Source: an uncultured delta proteobacterium (GTDB taxonomy: Bacteria > Desulfobacterota > Binatia > UBA9968). Taken from it: a DNA stretch of 64,000 nt. A program made the translations under genes and the position numbers. Each line of letters starts with the position of its first letter. Position 1 is the stretch's first letter. The notes beneath the pieces are model-generated. The model did not search any database. It was given only the letters and a program-made list of their open reading frames with translations, and was not told where the DNA came from. Where the stretch lies: assembly GCA_963804165.1 (NCBI GenBank), contig CAWDPO010000006.1:192001-256000 (forward strand). Reading direction: 5' to 3'. Shown piece by piece: positions 52,236 through 61,779 of the stretch.

Positions 52236-53669
52236 GCTGCTATGTGGATGTCAAGTCAATAACTCGCAAAGGCTCTTAAATTCTCCTATGACTTTTTCTC
52301 CCTACCCACCCAAGAGAGACTCGCTGCTATACGTGGCACGGCACTGGGCCGTCACACTGACTTGCGATGCGCCCTCTTTGGCACTAAGCCCCGGGATCTC
52401 TGTCTCAAGGGTCGAACCTTCAGGAGTCTTGTTCTCCTGGTACTGGCCGTCGTCGAGTCGTTCCCTGGGGCACAGTCTCCTCTTGGGTCAAAGGAGCCGA
52501 TTGAACTTTTTCTCTCACTTCGTAAGGTCTTTGTTGCATCAACACCACCGCGGCCCGCACACACAGTTTATGGGCCACCGCCACAATGGCCACTCGAGGA
52601 CCGAGATGACGCGGATGTTTTTTCGCCACGGTGCGGAAGAACTCTCTCAACTCGCCGTCCTGGCGGATCGCCGACCAAGAGGCTTGAATGAGTTTGCTGC
52701 GCAGTCTTGGATCTCCGCTGTGAGTAATCGAGCCGCGAGTGGTTCTCTCTCCGGTGGAGCTCTCGGTGGGTACCAACCCCACAAAGGCCGGCAGCTCACG
52801 AATGTTATTGATCTGGCGCCAGTCCCCAATACGGGCCATCATCTGGCTGGCCACGATCCAGCCGATCCCAGGAAGCGTTTTCAGATACTCGATACACCGA
52901 GACAGTTCCGGGTCGTTGTGGCAAAAGCGGCGAATCTCACGGGTGACCTTAAGGACTTGCTTCTCCCCAAACTCCAGATTGTCCAGCAACTGATCGAGCT
53001 TAAAGCGCACCACCGAAGAGCAGGGAAGCTTTCTCAGCTTGGCTTTGACCAAAAACGACCACTGGCTGCCGGCCGGAGCCGGGGGAAACTCCAGCCCTTC
53101 CATCAGCAACAGCGATTTGATGCGTTGCTTCATCGCCACCACCTCGCTGACCAGAGCGTCGCGCAGTTGAGTCAAGTGACGCAGCTCTCGATACAAGGTT
53201 GTGGGCACATGAATGCTCTTGAGCTGTCCGGCGCGCAGATTCTCTGCCAATCCCACGCTGTCGAGCCGATTGGTCTTCACTCGCTGTCCTGGCGCTTTGG
53301 GGATCATCGATGGAGAGGCGATCAAGCAAGGGTACCGTTGAGCGACCAACCCGTCATACAGTCCATAGCCCGTCGGTCCCGCCTCATAGGCAAAGGCTAC
53401 TTTCTTATCGCCATAGTGCTTACGAACATGGTTTACAAGATACTCGACATTGTACGGCATGCGCATCGACTTCACAGATCCCTGATGATCGGTAAAGGTC
53501 ACCGAAATGCTTTTCTTGTCCACATCGAGTCCGCCAAACACATCGTAATCGCGAGCGATGAAAGTTTCGATTCCCATCGTAGTGCCTCCCTGGTCCAACG
53601 GCCGATAAGTTTCGGCCACTGTACTATCACGGAGCACTCGCGGTATAGCTCGACATCCCTCATACAAGT
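52236..53669 (-). mobile_element. IS110 family element, IS1111-type
   Basis: Sub-terminal IRs 52241-52255 / 53649-53664; GT core at 52234-52235 and 53668-53669; ~185 bp non-coding end downstream of the transposase. Confidence 0.8.
52420..53577 (-). CDS. IS110 family transposase/recombinase
   Basis: GLDVDK, YEAGPTG, KTNRLD, LPGIG, GLVPTESSTG, AVAHKL. Confidence 0.95.
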   Translation of the reverse strand: MGIETFIARDYDVFGGLDVDKKSISVTFTDHQGSVKSMRMPYNVEYLVNHVRKHYGDKKVAFAYEAGPTGYGLYDGLVAQRYPCLIASPSMIPKAPGQRVKTNRLDSVGLAENLRAGQLKSIHVPTTLYRELRHLTQLRDALVSEVVAMKQRIKSLLLMEGLEFPPAPAGSQWSFLVKAKLRKLPCSSVVRFKLDQLLDNLEFGEKQVLKVTREIRRFCHNDPELSRCIEYLKTLPGIGWIVASQMMARIGDWRQINNIRELPAFVGLVPTESSTGERTTRGSITHSGDPRLRSKLIQASWSAIRQDGELREFFRTVAKKHPRHLGPRVAIVAVAHKLCVRAAVVLMQQRPYEVREKVQSAPLTQEETVPQGTTRRRPVPGEQDS

Positions 53670-53805
53670 CTTAGGGCGAACGGATAAGTACTCAATTTCT
53701 AATGAGACCACACGTCGTGAGCAGCTTGTCCTGAGCGAAGCCGAAGGAAACCATGAACGTGTCTTCACACAGTCTGACGAAGCAGGTGGGCCTTTTTCAT
53801 CAGGC

Positions 53806-54966
53806 TCAAGGCTCTTGCTGTTCGCGTTTCAGCTGGCTGTGATCGAGCAGCATCTCCCGCTTGCGCCGAATCATCTCGCGCTCTTGATTGAGAAAGCGCT
53901 CCACGGCCCGGCGGAATTTGCCGTCGACGAAATAGTGAACGCTGGTCGTGTGCTCGGGCTCCAAACCGCGCAGTTGTTTGAAGCTCCCCCCTGCGCCGGC
54001 TTCGAAACGCGCTAATCCTGCGCGAATCGAATGCTCGATTGCCGAGTAGTAACAGACGTTGAAATGGAGAAACGGATGCTCTTCGAAGCAGCCCCAGTAG
54101 CGCCCGTACATGGCGGTATCGTCACGGATGTTAAAGGTGCCAGCGATGATCTTGCCGTTGCGCTCGGCGAGCATCAGACATAAGTGTGCGGCGAACCGCC
54201 GATGCAGCTCATCGAAAAATTCCTGCGTGAGATACTGTCGGCCGTAATAGTGACGGTCGACGTGGCCTTTGTACAGGCGAAACATGGTGCGCACGTGATG
54301 CGTCGTGAGGTCGGCGCCTTCATAGGCGCGAATCGTGATGCCGCGCTCCGCCACCTCGCGCCGCTCGCGTTTGACTTTATTGCGCCGATCGCTGCGAAAG
54401 CTGCCGAGGTAGTCGTCGAAGGAGTTGAAATTGCGGTTTTGCCAGTGGAACTGAATGCCGGCGCGCGGAAAGAAACCCACTTGTTCCAGCGACTCCCGTT
54501 CGTCGGCGAGACAGAAATTTACGTGAACCGACGAGATTTTATTGTCGGCGGCGATCTTGGCCAACGCCTGCCCCATGAAACGGATCAACTGGCCGCGATC
54601 TTCGTTCGGCGCGGTTAAAAAACGATGACCGGTTACCGGCGTGAACGGCACGCCGACGAGCATTTTCGGGTAATATTGAATTCCCGCGTGCTGCGCCGCC
54701 TCGGCCCATTCATAGTCGAAGACAAACTCGCCCATGCTGTGGAGCTTTAAATACATCGGGCATGCGCCGATGAGTTCGCCCGCTTTCTCGACGATGATGT
54801 GGTGCGGCAACCAGCCGGTTTGCTCATTGACGCAGTCCGATTGCTCCAAACTGTCGAGCCAATCCCATTTCAAAAAGGGTGTCGCGCCGCCGGTCAATGT
54901 GTCCCAGCGCTCGCGCGGCACTTCCGCGACCTTTTGCACGACTCTTAGAGTGCTCGTGTCCGACAT
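53806..54966 (-). CDS. GNAT/FemAB-like protein (DUF482)
   Basis: YLKLHSMGEFVFD, PFTPVTG, YGRYWG, LHFNVCYY, EAGAGG. Confidence 0.9.
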   Translation of the reverse strand: MSDTSTLRVVQKVAEVPRERWDTLTGGATPFLKWDWLDSLEQSDCVNEQTGWLPHHIIVEKAGELIGACPMYLKLHSMGEFVFDYEWAEAAQHAGIQYYPKMLVGVPFTPVTGHRFLTAPNEDRGQLIRFMGQALAKIAADNKISSVHVNFCLADERESLEQVGFFPRAGIQFHWQNRNFNSFDDYLGSFRSDRRNKVKRERREVAERGITIRAYEGADLTTHHVRTMFRLYKGHVDRHYYGRQYLTQEFFDELHRRFAAHLCLMLAERNGKIIAGTFNIRDDTAMYGRYWGCFEEHPFLHFNVCYYSAIEHSIRAGLARFEAGAGGSFKQLRGLEPEHTTSVHYFVDGKFRRAVERFLNQEREMIRRKREMLLDHSQLKREQQEP

Positions 54967-55136
54967 CACCGCCGATCTTAGCATGAGCGTCTATTCGATC
55001 AAACTTTAGTGGAAATTTCGGCAGTTTGGCTCGCCAGCCTACCGAAAGGTCTTTTTTGGAGGCGGCGCTGCGAACCGGGCACGCTCTTGACAAGTCTACC
55101 GGGCAACCTTATTGATTATCTACGCGCGAGCGACTT

Positions 55137-55583
55137 ATGGTCATCTACAACCTCCTCTGCAAAAAGAAACACAGCTTCGAAGGCTGGTTTCCCAGTTTTG
55201 AGGATTTTCAGAAACAAGCGGACAAGAAGCTGATCTCTTGCCCGACCTGCGGCACGACCAAGGTCGAGAAGGTTCCGCACGCTTGCGCCGTGCACGTGAA
55301 AAAAGACCGACCCGCGCCGCCGGCTATAAAGCCCGAGCAGACGCCGCCGCCGGCGCCGCCGAGCGCTGCGGAATTCAAGGAAATGCTGCTTAAAGTGCAT
55401 CACTACGTCAAAGAGAATTTCGAAGACGTCGGTTCCCGCTTTGCCGAAGAAGCCCGCGAGATTCACAAAGGTGCGGCAGAGGAACGCCCCATTCATGGCA
55501 CGGCGACGCGGGATGAAGCCAAAGACCTTGCCGAAGAAGGCGTGCCGTTCGTCGCTTTGCCGAAGCCCGAGCTCGACAGCTAG
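55137..55583 (+). CDS. DUF1178 family protein
   Basis: HSFEGWF, CPTCG, VGSRFAEEAREIH, IHG. Confidence 0.9.
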   Translation: MVIYNLLCKKKHSFEGWFPSFEDFQKQADKKLISCPTCGTTKVEKVPHACAVHVKKDRPAPPAIKPEQTPPPAPPSAAEFKEMLLKVHHYVKENFEDVGSRFAEEAREIHKGAAEERPIHGTATRDEAKDLAEEGVPFVALPKPELDS

Positions 55584-55716
55584 CTCGCTGTTCGTTCGAA
55601 TCGATTGAGTGATTTTACGAACGCCGCCGCCAGGCGGCGTTTTTGTTTTCCCGCCTGTTGCAATCGCCGCGCTCCTGCGAAATAGATGCGTGAACAAATC
55701 CGCACGCGGAGGCCGC

Positions 55717-56799
55717 ATGCTACTGATCAACAACCAAGTGGTCGAAAAAATTCTCGATATCCGGGGCTGCATGGAAGCTCTGGAAACCGGCTACCGCGAT
55801 CTGATCAACGAGCGCGCGAACTATCGAGGTCGCTACGATTTCTTCGTGCCCAGCGACGATCCCAAGCTGATGTACCGCTGGGGCACCATGGAAGGAGCGT
55901 CGCGTTCCTTTGAAACCTTCGCGATCAGAATGAAGTCCGACATGCTCGAATGGCCCGAAGGAAAAACCGTAGAAAAGTATTGTGTCGAGCCCGGGACTTT
56001 TTGCGGTTTCGTTATGGTTTTTTCAACTCGTAACGGCGAACCGCTGGCGATTATCAACGACGGTATCATTCAGCACATGCGCGTCGGCGCCTGCGCCGGT
56101 CTCGGCGCGAAGTATTTATCGCGCGAAGATTCGGGCGTCGCCGGCATTTACGGCTCAGGTGGCATGGCGCGCACCTATTTGCTTGCCTTCACCCAGGTGC
56201 GCAAGCTGCACGAAGTCAAAGTCTTCAGTCCGACCAAAAAAAATCGCGAAGCTTACGCCAAAGAGATGGGCGAAAAGCTCGGCATTAAAATCACTCCAGT
56301 CGAACGCGCCGAAGACGCCTTGCGCGGCTCGGACATCGTCGCCACCTGCACCGATTCGATTCAAGTCGTGGTCGATGATCCCGCGCTGATCGAAGCGGGC
56401 ATGCATCTCACCTGCGTGAAATCGAATGAGTGGAATCCGGAAATCGTCAAGCGGTCAGATCTAGTCGTCAAAATGGGGCGCGCGACGATGAACTTGGACG
56501 TAGGGCAGATGCGCATCGGCGGCGAAGCCGCGGTGGTCGCGGGCAATGCGGAGGAGATCAAAAGAATCGCCAATCCCAAGGTCGATATTTTCTCCGCCGA
56601 CTTGCCGCTGCTTACCGACATCATGTCCGGCAAGCTCAAAGGTCGCACCGATAGAAATCAAGTGACCTTTTTCGCCAACAGCGGCACTCAGGGGCTCCAA
56701 TTCGCCTCCACCGCCGGCTACGTCGTGCGCGAAGCCAAACGCCGCGGTTTGGGACAGCAGATTCCGACCGACTGGTTTTTGCAGGACATCAGGGATTAG
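55717..56799 (+). CDS. Ornithine cyclodeaminase/mu-crystallin family protein
   Basis: MRVGA, GSGGMA, DIVATCT. Confidence 0.88.
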   Translation: MLLINNQVVEKILDIRGCMEALETGYRDLINERANYRGRYDFFVPSDDPKLMYRWGTMEGASRSFETFAIRMKSDMLEWPEGKTVEKYCVEPGTFCGFVMVFSTRNGEPLAIINDGIIQHMRVGACAGLGAKYLSREDSGVAGIYGSGGMARTYLLAFTQVRKLHEVKVFSPTKKNREAYAKEMGEKLGIKITPVERAEDALRGSDIVATCTDSIQVVVDDPALIEAGMHLTCVKSNEWNPEIVKRSDLVVKMGRATMNLDVGQMRIGGEAAVVAGNAEEIKRIANPKVDIFSADLPLLTDIMSGKLKGRTDRNQVTFFANSGTQGLQFASTAGYVVREAKRRGLGQQIPTDWFLQDIRD

Positions 56800-56859
56800 C
56801 TGCTAACGCGCCAGGTCGGCGAAATCGGTTTCGATTTGCGGCGAAAGACCCTCCCAACC

Positions 56860-56977
56860 GACGGCAAAACCGACGGTTAAGGGGATGCAACTGGTGCTGG
56901 ACGCGGCGGCCGAAGACGACCCAAAGGCTAAGACGCTCAGTCCACAGCAGCTGATCGATCTGAGTTTTCTGCCGTAG
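56860..56977 (+). pseudogene. C-terminal remnant of an NMT1-like ABC binding protein
   Basis: Reads KPTVKGMQLVLDAAAEDDPKAKTLSPQQLIDLSFLP*, similar to the tail of ORF 35578-36576 (AVQAILDDISPADPRAKKLKPQDLYD). Confidence 0.6.
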
Positions 56978-56987
56978 AGGAGATTGT

Positions 56988-57989
56988 ATGACTGAGTCAA
57001 CGAGAATCCCCCGATTTAGCACCGACGAAGCGATGCATCGCCTGCGCCAGACGGTTCACACGAAGGCAAACAACTTCTACGCGATGTATTCGAGCATCCT
57101 CGGCGGCATCGTCACCGACCCCGCCATTATGGTGCTGCCGCTCGACGATCACATGGTGCATCGCGGTCACGCCGTCTTTGATACAGCGGCACTGACCCAT
57201 GGGATGCTCTATCAACTCGATCCGCACTTGGATCGCTTGATCAAATCGGCCGACGCCGCGCGCATCCCGTTACCGTTTCCGCGAGAACGGTTGCGTCAGA
57301 TCATTTTGGAAACCGCGGCGGCGAGCCACCAACGCGATGGATCGGTGCGTTACTGGCTATCCGCCGGGCCCGGCGGCTACGGCCTTGGTCCGGCGGAGTG
57401 CGTCGGCAGCAGTTTCTACGTGATCGTCTTCAAACAGGAAGCTTACCCCGAGAGTTACTATCGACAGGGCATCAAGATCATCACCAGCCAGGTGCCGATC
57501 AAGCCGCCGCTCTTCGCGCGCATCAAGTCGACCAATTATTTGCCGAACGTGCTCGTCGTGCTGGAAGCCAAGGATCGCGGCGCCGACAACGGTGTTTTCA
57601 TCGACCAGCGCGGCATGGTGGCGGAAAGCTCCAACATGAACGTGGCATTCGTCACCAAGGATCGCGTGTTTCGCCATCCGCCTTTCGATGCGATCTTGTC
57701 AGGCATCACGATCCAGCGAGTTCTCAATTTCGCCCAGCGTCTCGTACAAGAAGGCCTGCTTAACGCTGTCCAAGTCGCCGATATTCCGGCGCAGGACGGG
57801 CACCACGCGGTGGAAATGATGCTCATCGGCAGCTCGATCAAAGTCGCGCCCGTGGTCGAATGGGACGAACAAAAGATCGGCGACGGCAAACCAGGACCGA
57901 TCACCAAAAAACTTCTGGAAATGTGGAACGAGGACGCGACATCGGCGACGGATCAGCTCGTGCCAGTGCCCTACGACGAAGAAACCTAG
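56988..57989 (+). CDS. Class IV aminotransferase (D-amino acid transaminase-like)
   Basis: DHMVHRGHAVFDT, IKSTNYLPN, ILSGIT, IGDGKPGP. Confidence 0.9.
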   Translation: MTESTRIPRFSTDEAMHRLRQTVHTKANNFYAMYSSILGGIVTDPAIMVLPLDDHMVHRGHAVFDTAALTHGMLYQLDPHLDRLIKSADAARIPLPFPRERLRQIILETAAASHQRDGSVRYWLSAGPGGYGLGPAECVGSSFYVIVFKQEAYPESYYRQGIKIITSQVPIKPPLFARIKSTNYLPNVLVVLEAKDRGADNGVFIDQRGMVAESSNMNVAFVTKDRVFRHPPFDAILSGITIQRVLNFAQRLVQEGLLNAVQVADIPAQDGHHAVEMMLIGSSIKVAPVVEWDEQKIGDGKPGPITKKLLEMWNEDATSATDQLVPVPYDEET

Positions 57990-58229
57990 CGACAAAGACA
58001 CACTCGAAGGTTTTGTTTCTTGAGCCCGCAATGCTTGTCCCCCGGACTCTCGGCGGGCGAACAAAACTAGTATTTTTGATCCAATCTTCAAGCTGATCGA
58101 GAGTCCAAATAAACTCGCAGAAGATGTCCCGAGCGCACTTCTCGTTCGTCGTATTAATGAAACGAAATAAAGCCGCCGGCACGATCACGGCACGTCACGC
58201 GCGATCATAGGCCTAAAAGGAGGTTCGAG

Positions 58230-58345
58230 ATGCAAGGTCACAAGGTGGTTTCCAGAGATGAATGGCTCGCTGCGCGCAGCAACACTTGATTAAGGAGAAA
58301 GAAGTCACCCAGCTGCGCGATCAATTGAGCGCCGAGCGGCGCTAA
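58230..58345 (+). pseudogene. N-terminal remnant of a DUF899 family protein
   Basis: AGGAGG RBS; MQGHKVVSRDEWLAAR..LIKEKEVTQLRDQLSAERR* with a frameshift and early stop. Confidence 0.7.
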
Positions 58346-58448
58346 AAACAGTGCGCATTACGTGGCCGAAGAGCAACCGGAGATCGTGGCTGAACTCATC
58401 GGACGTTACGCTTCGCTATAGAAGGGTGAAACCTCGACAAACAGGAGG

Positions 58449-59234
58449 ATGGAAATGCTACTTGAGAACAAGAACGCAGTGGTCTACGGAGCGGGAGGAG
58501 CGATCGGCGGTGCGGTTGCTCGTGCCTTCGCCCGCGAGGGAGCGAAGGTCTTCCTGGCGGGTCGCACGGTGGCAAAACTTGACGCGGTGGCCAGCGAGAT
58601 CTCCGCCGCAGGAGGAGAGGCCGAATTAGCTCAAGTCGATGCCCTCGATGAACCGGCCGTTGAGAAGTACATCGGCGAAGTCGTTAAGAAAGCGGGGTGC
58701 ATTGACGTCTCATTCAACGCCATCGGAATGGAAGACGTTCAAGGAACGCAGCTCATCGAGATGACGCTTGAAAACTTCGTGCACCCGATCACGACGGCGA
58801 TGAGGACGCAATTCTTGACTGTGAGGGCGGCAGCGCGACACATGGTCAAGAAGGGATCAGGCGTGATTTTGGCAATCACCGCGACGCCGGCGCGCATGGC
58901 TTTTCCTTTGGTCGGAGGCTTCGGACCGGCAGGCGCGGCGGTCGAAGGTCTTTGCCGCGGTTTTGCGGCGGAACTTGGATCGCAGGGTGTCCGTGTCGTT
59001 TGCCTACGGTCGGCAGGATCTCCGGAATCGATCGCAGACAGCCTGGATGATCACGCCAAGGCTGCCGGTATGACGCGCGAGGAGTTCCAGGCCTCCATCG
59101 AAAACATGACTCTGCTTCGACGACTTCCGACGTTGGCCGAGGTGGCGAACGTGGCGGCCTTCATGGCTTCCGATCAGGCTAGCGCGATGACGGGGACCGT
59201 GGCCAACATGACTTGCGGCTCAATCGTCGATTAG
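58449..59234 (+). CDS. SDR family oxidoreductase
   Basis: GAGGAIG, ELG..GVRV, MTGTVAN. Confidence 0.9.
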   Translation: MEMLLENKNAVVYGAGGAIGGAVARAFAREGAKVFLAGRTVAKLDAVASEISAAGGEAELAQVDALDEPAVEKYIGEVVKKAGCIDVSFNAIGMEDVQGTQLIEMTLENFVHPITTAMRTQFLTVRAAARHMVKKGSGVILAITATPARMAFPLVGGFGPAGAAVEGLCRGFAAELGSQGVRVVCLRSAGSPESIADSLDDHAKAAGMTREEFQASIENMTLLRRLPTLAEVANVAAFMASDQASAMTGTVANMTCGSIVD

Positions 59235-59277
59235 CTGCTCCCAAAAATCCTGGCCGGTTTAGCTTGGAGGAAAAATT

Positions 59278-59862
59278 ATGACAATGCCGATAGTCAAGAC
59301 CGTTACGACATCGGATGAAGCTCCAGTCATTGATGTCGTGGTACTGGCGTTTAGCGCGGACCCTGGTGCGCGTTGGACGTGGCCCGATCCGCAGCAGTAT
59401 CTCATGCATTTCCCTAGTTTCGTCCAGGCATTCGGGGGCAAGGCGTTTACACACGGGAGCGCCTACTACGTTAACGGCTATGTCGGTGCAGCACTGTGGC
59501 TTCCACCAGATGTGCACCCTGATGAAGACGTGCTCATCACCCTATTGCAACACACCGCGCCCGAGCAGATTCAAAAGGACATCTTTGCGGTATTCGAACA
59601 AATGGGTCGCTATCATCCGAGCCAACCGCATTGGTATTTGCCGGTCATTGGTGTCGACCCGTTCCAACAGGGCAAAGGATTTGGTTCGGCGTTAATGCAG
59701 CACGCCCTTCTTCAGTGCGACCGAGACCACGCGCCCGCGTACCTCGAGTCGACCAATTCGGCCAACATCCCGCTGTATGAGCGACATGGCTTTAAAGTGC
59801 TGGATATAATTCAAGTGGGATCATCGCCGCCTATCTTCCCGATGCTCCGAGCGGCCCGCTGA
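59278..59862 (+). CDS. GNAT N-acetyltransferase
   Basis: HWYL..IGVDP.QQGKG.G, AYLE, LYERHGF. Confidence 0.9.
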   Translation: MTMPIVKTVTTSDEAPVIDVVVLAFSADPGARWTWPDPQQYLMHFPSFVQAFGGKAFTHGSAYYVNGYVGAALWLPPDVHPDEDVLITLLQHTAPEQIQKDIFAVFEQMGRYHPSQPHWYLPVIGVDPFQQGKGFGSALMQHALLQCDRDHAPAYLESTNSANIPLYERHGFKVLDIIQVGSSPPIFPMLRAAR

Positions 59863-59982
59863 AGGAATGCCATTGGCGGGCGAGTCGAGGGCGGCGGCAG
59901 CGATCACGCTTGACTAGAGCGGAATTCGCCCCTAGGGCGAATTGGCGCCTACAAAATCCGCATGAAGAGAAAGGAGAAAGAA

Positions 59983-60436
59983 ATGACCACCGCAAATACC
60001 AAAGCAACTGAAGAAGCCCAGATCCGCACGTTGATCGACAATTGGGCGAACGCGCTACGGGCCAAGAACGCCAATGGCGTGGTGTCTCAATATGCGCCGG
60101 ACAGCATTAAGTTTATCCTCGCGCCTCCCCTCCGATACACGCGGGACAATCCGTTCGGCAAGAAGGACCCTGGAGGAGTGGTTCTCCTCGTTCCGAGGCC
60201 CGATTGGCTACGAGGTTCACGAAATGAACCTCACGACGGGCGACGACGTAGCCTTCTGCCACAGCCTCAACCGGATGATGGCGATAACGATAGGCGGAGA
60301 GAAAGTCGACTTATGGTTTCGCGAGACCCTCGGCTTCCGCAAAATCGACGGCAGGTGGACGATCACACATGAGCATAGCTCCGTGCCCTTCTACATGGAC
60401 GGTAGTTACAAAGCGGCGATCGACCTCAAACCCTAG
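59983..60436 (+). CDS. SnoaL/NTF2-like protein (one frameshift near 60170)
   Basis: EAQIRTLIDNW...DVAFCHSL...RKIDGRWTITHEHSSVPF. Confidence 0.85.
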
Positions 60437-60700
60437 TGCTTTGCCGAGAGCAGATAGGTTTGAGGAAAACGCCTGCGTTGATCAAACGACTGTCCGTTCG
60501 TCGTTTTCCATGTGAGAAACTTTTGAACCGATAGTCAAATCGCTAGACCCGATCCTCTGGACGGACCGTGTGGTTGCTTTCGAAATCCAAAGCCACGGAA
60601 AAGCTCGAAGAGAGATTGTCAAGAAAGTAGTCCTGATGGTAGACACCCGACTTTTAGTCAAGGCACCGTGAAGGTAAAATACCCGCCGACATCTTCAGAA

Positions 60701-61009
60701 TCAGGGAACATTGAGGCTGCCGATTTCCGCGATTGGCCGGCCGAGATGATTTCGGAAAAGTATGACGATTTCTCGCATAGCGTCTTCCGCATCGAAGTGC
60801 AAAGAACCAACATATTCTTGTTGGTTCCATTGGATAACGACAAAGCAATGAGGACTATTCAAGATGCTGGGGGCAGAGTCCAGCACTCGAATCAGAACGC
60901 CGACTTCGCCGCGAGGCAAGGGATTGCTCGGGCCGAACGGTCCCGTCCACGCGGGAGGCCAGTTGGAGCGGCCCAGAAACGTCATGCACGGATGCTTTCT
61001 CAGCTCCAT
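60701..61009 (-). CDS. Small hypothetical protein
   Basis: 102 aa, NWPPAWT...GEVGVL; downstream of the Crp-type gene. Confidence 0.6.
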   Translation of the reverse strand: MELRKHPCMTFLGRSNWPPAWTGPFGPSNPLPRGEVGVLIRVLDSAPSILNSPHCFVVIQWNQQEYVGSLHFDAEDAMREIVILFRNHLGRPIAEIGSLNVP

Positions 61010-61044
61010 AGCGAGGGCTCCATGCTCTTTTTCATACGTTAGCG

Positions 61045-61779
61045 CTAGTTCGCTCCGAAAGACGAATCGTTAGGGCTGCTCTCGATGACCTTACGAAGGT
61101 TCCTCGGGTTGACGATAATGCGTCGCCCTTCCCTCAAAATAACCTTCTCGCGGTCGAATTCATTCAGATATTCGGTGACCTGCTGGCGCGAGGCGCCGAC
61201 GATGCTGGCGAGCGTCTCATGACTGATGGCCAACGTGATCAAGGTTCCACGCGAGTCGGCTGATCCAAAATGATCAGCCAAACTCGAAAGCTCAAGCGCG
61301 ATCCGTCGTCGCACGTCAAGGCCGATGCCACGGATGCAGTGGATGTACGATTGTCTATTCAGATGCAAGGTCGTGGCAAACCCTGGCAGAAAAGTTTCAT
61401 ACGAGGCGCCCAGAAGCGTTTCGACAAATGCCTGTGGTTTGATCGAGCCTATTATAGAGGATTCAAAGGCGTCGCACCTGAAAGCATGGCGCATTTCGGG
61501 CACGAGCGAGTCGAGGCCGAAAAATACTCCCGATGGAATCAGACTGACGATCGTCTGTCGGTCGTAAGCATTGTAGGTGAGCCTGACGACTCCTGAGATG
61601 GCCAGGTAAATGAGCTTGGCGTGGTCGCCCTGATCATAAACAGTTTCGCCTTTTTTGAAAATCTTGACGGTCAGACTTCTGGCGAGTCTGTCTAGTTGAG
61701 CCGTCGATAGGCGGTAGAGATTTTTGAGCTGCTTAAGATCTTTCGTATCGACGTTTGTCAAAGAAGTGTTTTTGGCCAT
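61045..61779 (-). CDS. Crp/Fnr family transcriptional regulator
   Basis: cNMP-domain GETVYDQGD..SGVVRL; HTH ISHETLASIVGASRQQVT. Confidence 0.9.
   Translation of the reverse strand: MAKNTSLTNVDTKDLKQLKNLYRLSTAQLDRLARSLTVKIFKKGETVYDQGDHAKLIYLAISGVVRLTYNAYDRQTIVSLIPSGVFFGLDSLVPEMRHAFRCDAFESSIIGSIKPQAFVETLLGASYETFLPGFATTLHLNRQSYIHCIRGIGLDVRRRIALELSSLADHFGSADSRGTLITLAISHETLASIVGASRQQVTEYLNEFDREKVILREGRRIIVNPRNLRKVIESSPNDSSFGAN

Larger units (their letters stand above)
52198..53776. mobile_element. Inner MITE with IS1182-like ends and 4-bp target duplication
   Basis: TIRs CAGACTGTGTGAAAAC / GTCTTCACACAGTCTG (15/16), flanked by ACGA at 52194-52197 and 53777-53780. Confidence 0.75.
52098..53808. 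mobile_element. Outer MITE-like element, interrupted
   Basis: Terminal inverted repeats TGAGCCTCATCAAAAAGGTCCA (52098-52119) and TGGGCCTTTTTCATCAGGCTCA (53787-53808), 19/22 match. Confidence 0.7.

Noticed and set aside
52420-53577. IS110 transposase as the effector of the 35-bp array
   Set aside because: It lies 35 kb away inside a complete IS with its own non-coding end; the shared ancestry of IS110 and Tas domains is not evidence of a link.
52234-54015. 593-aa plus-strand ORF
   Set aside because: Antisense shadow of the IS110 transposase with no motifs.
56840-56970. Possible c-di-GMP riboswitch (GGCAAAACC...GGCTAAG)
   Set aside because: Lacks the full two-stem consensus and is better explained as a coding remnant of a binding-protein C-terminus.
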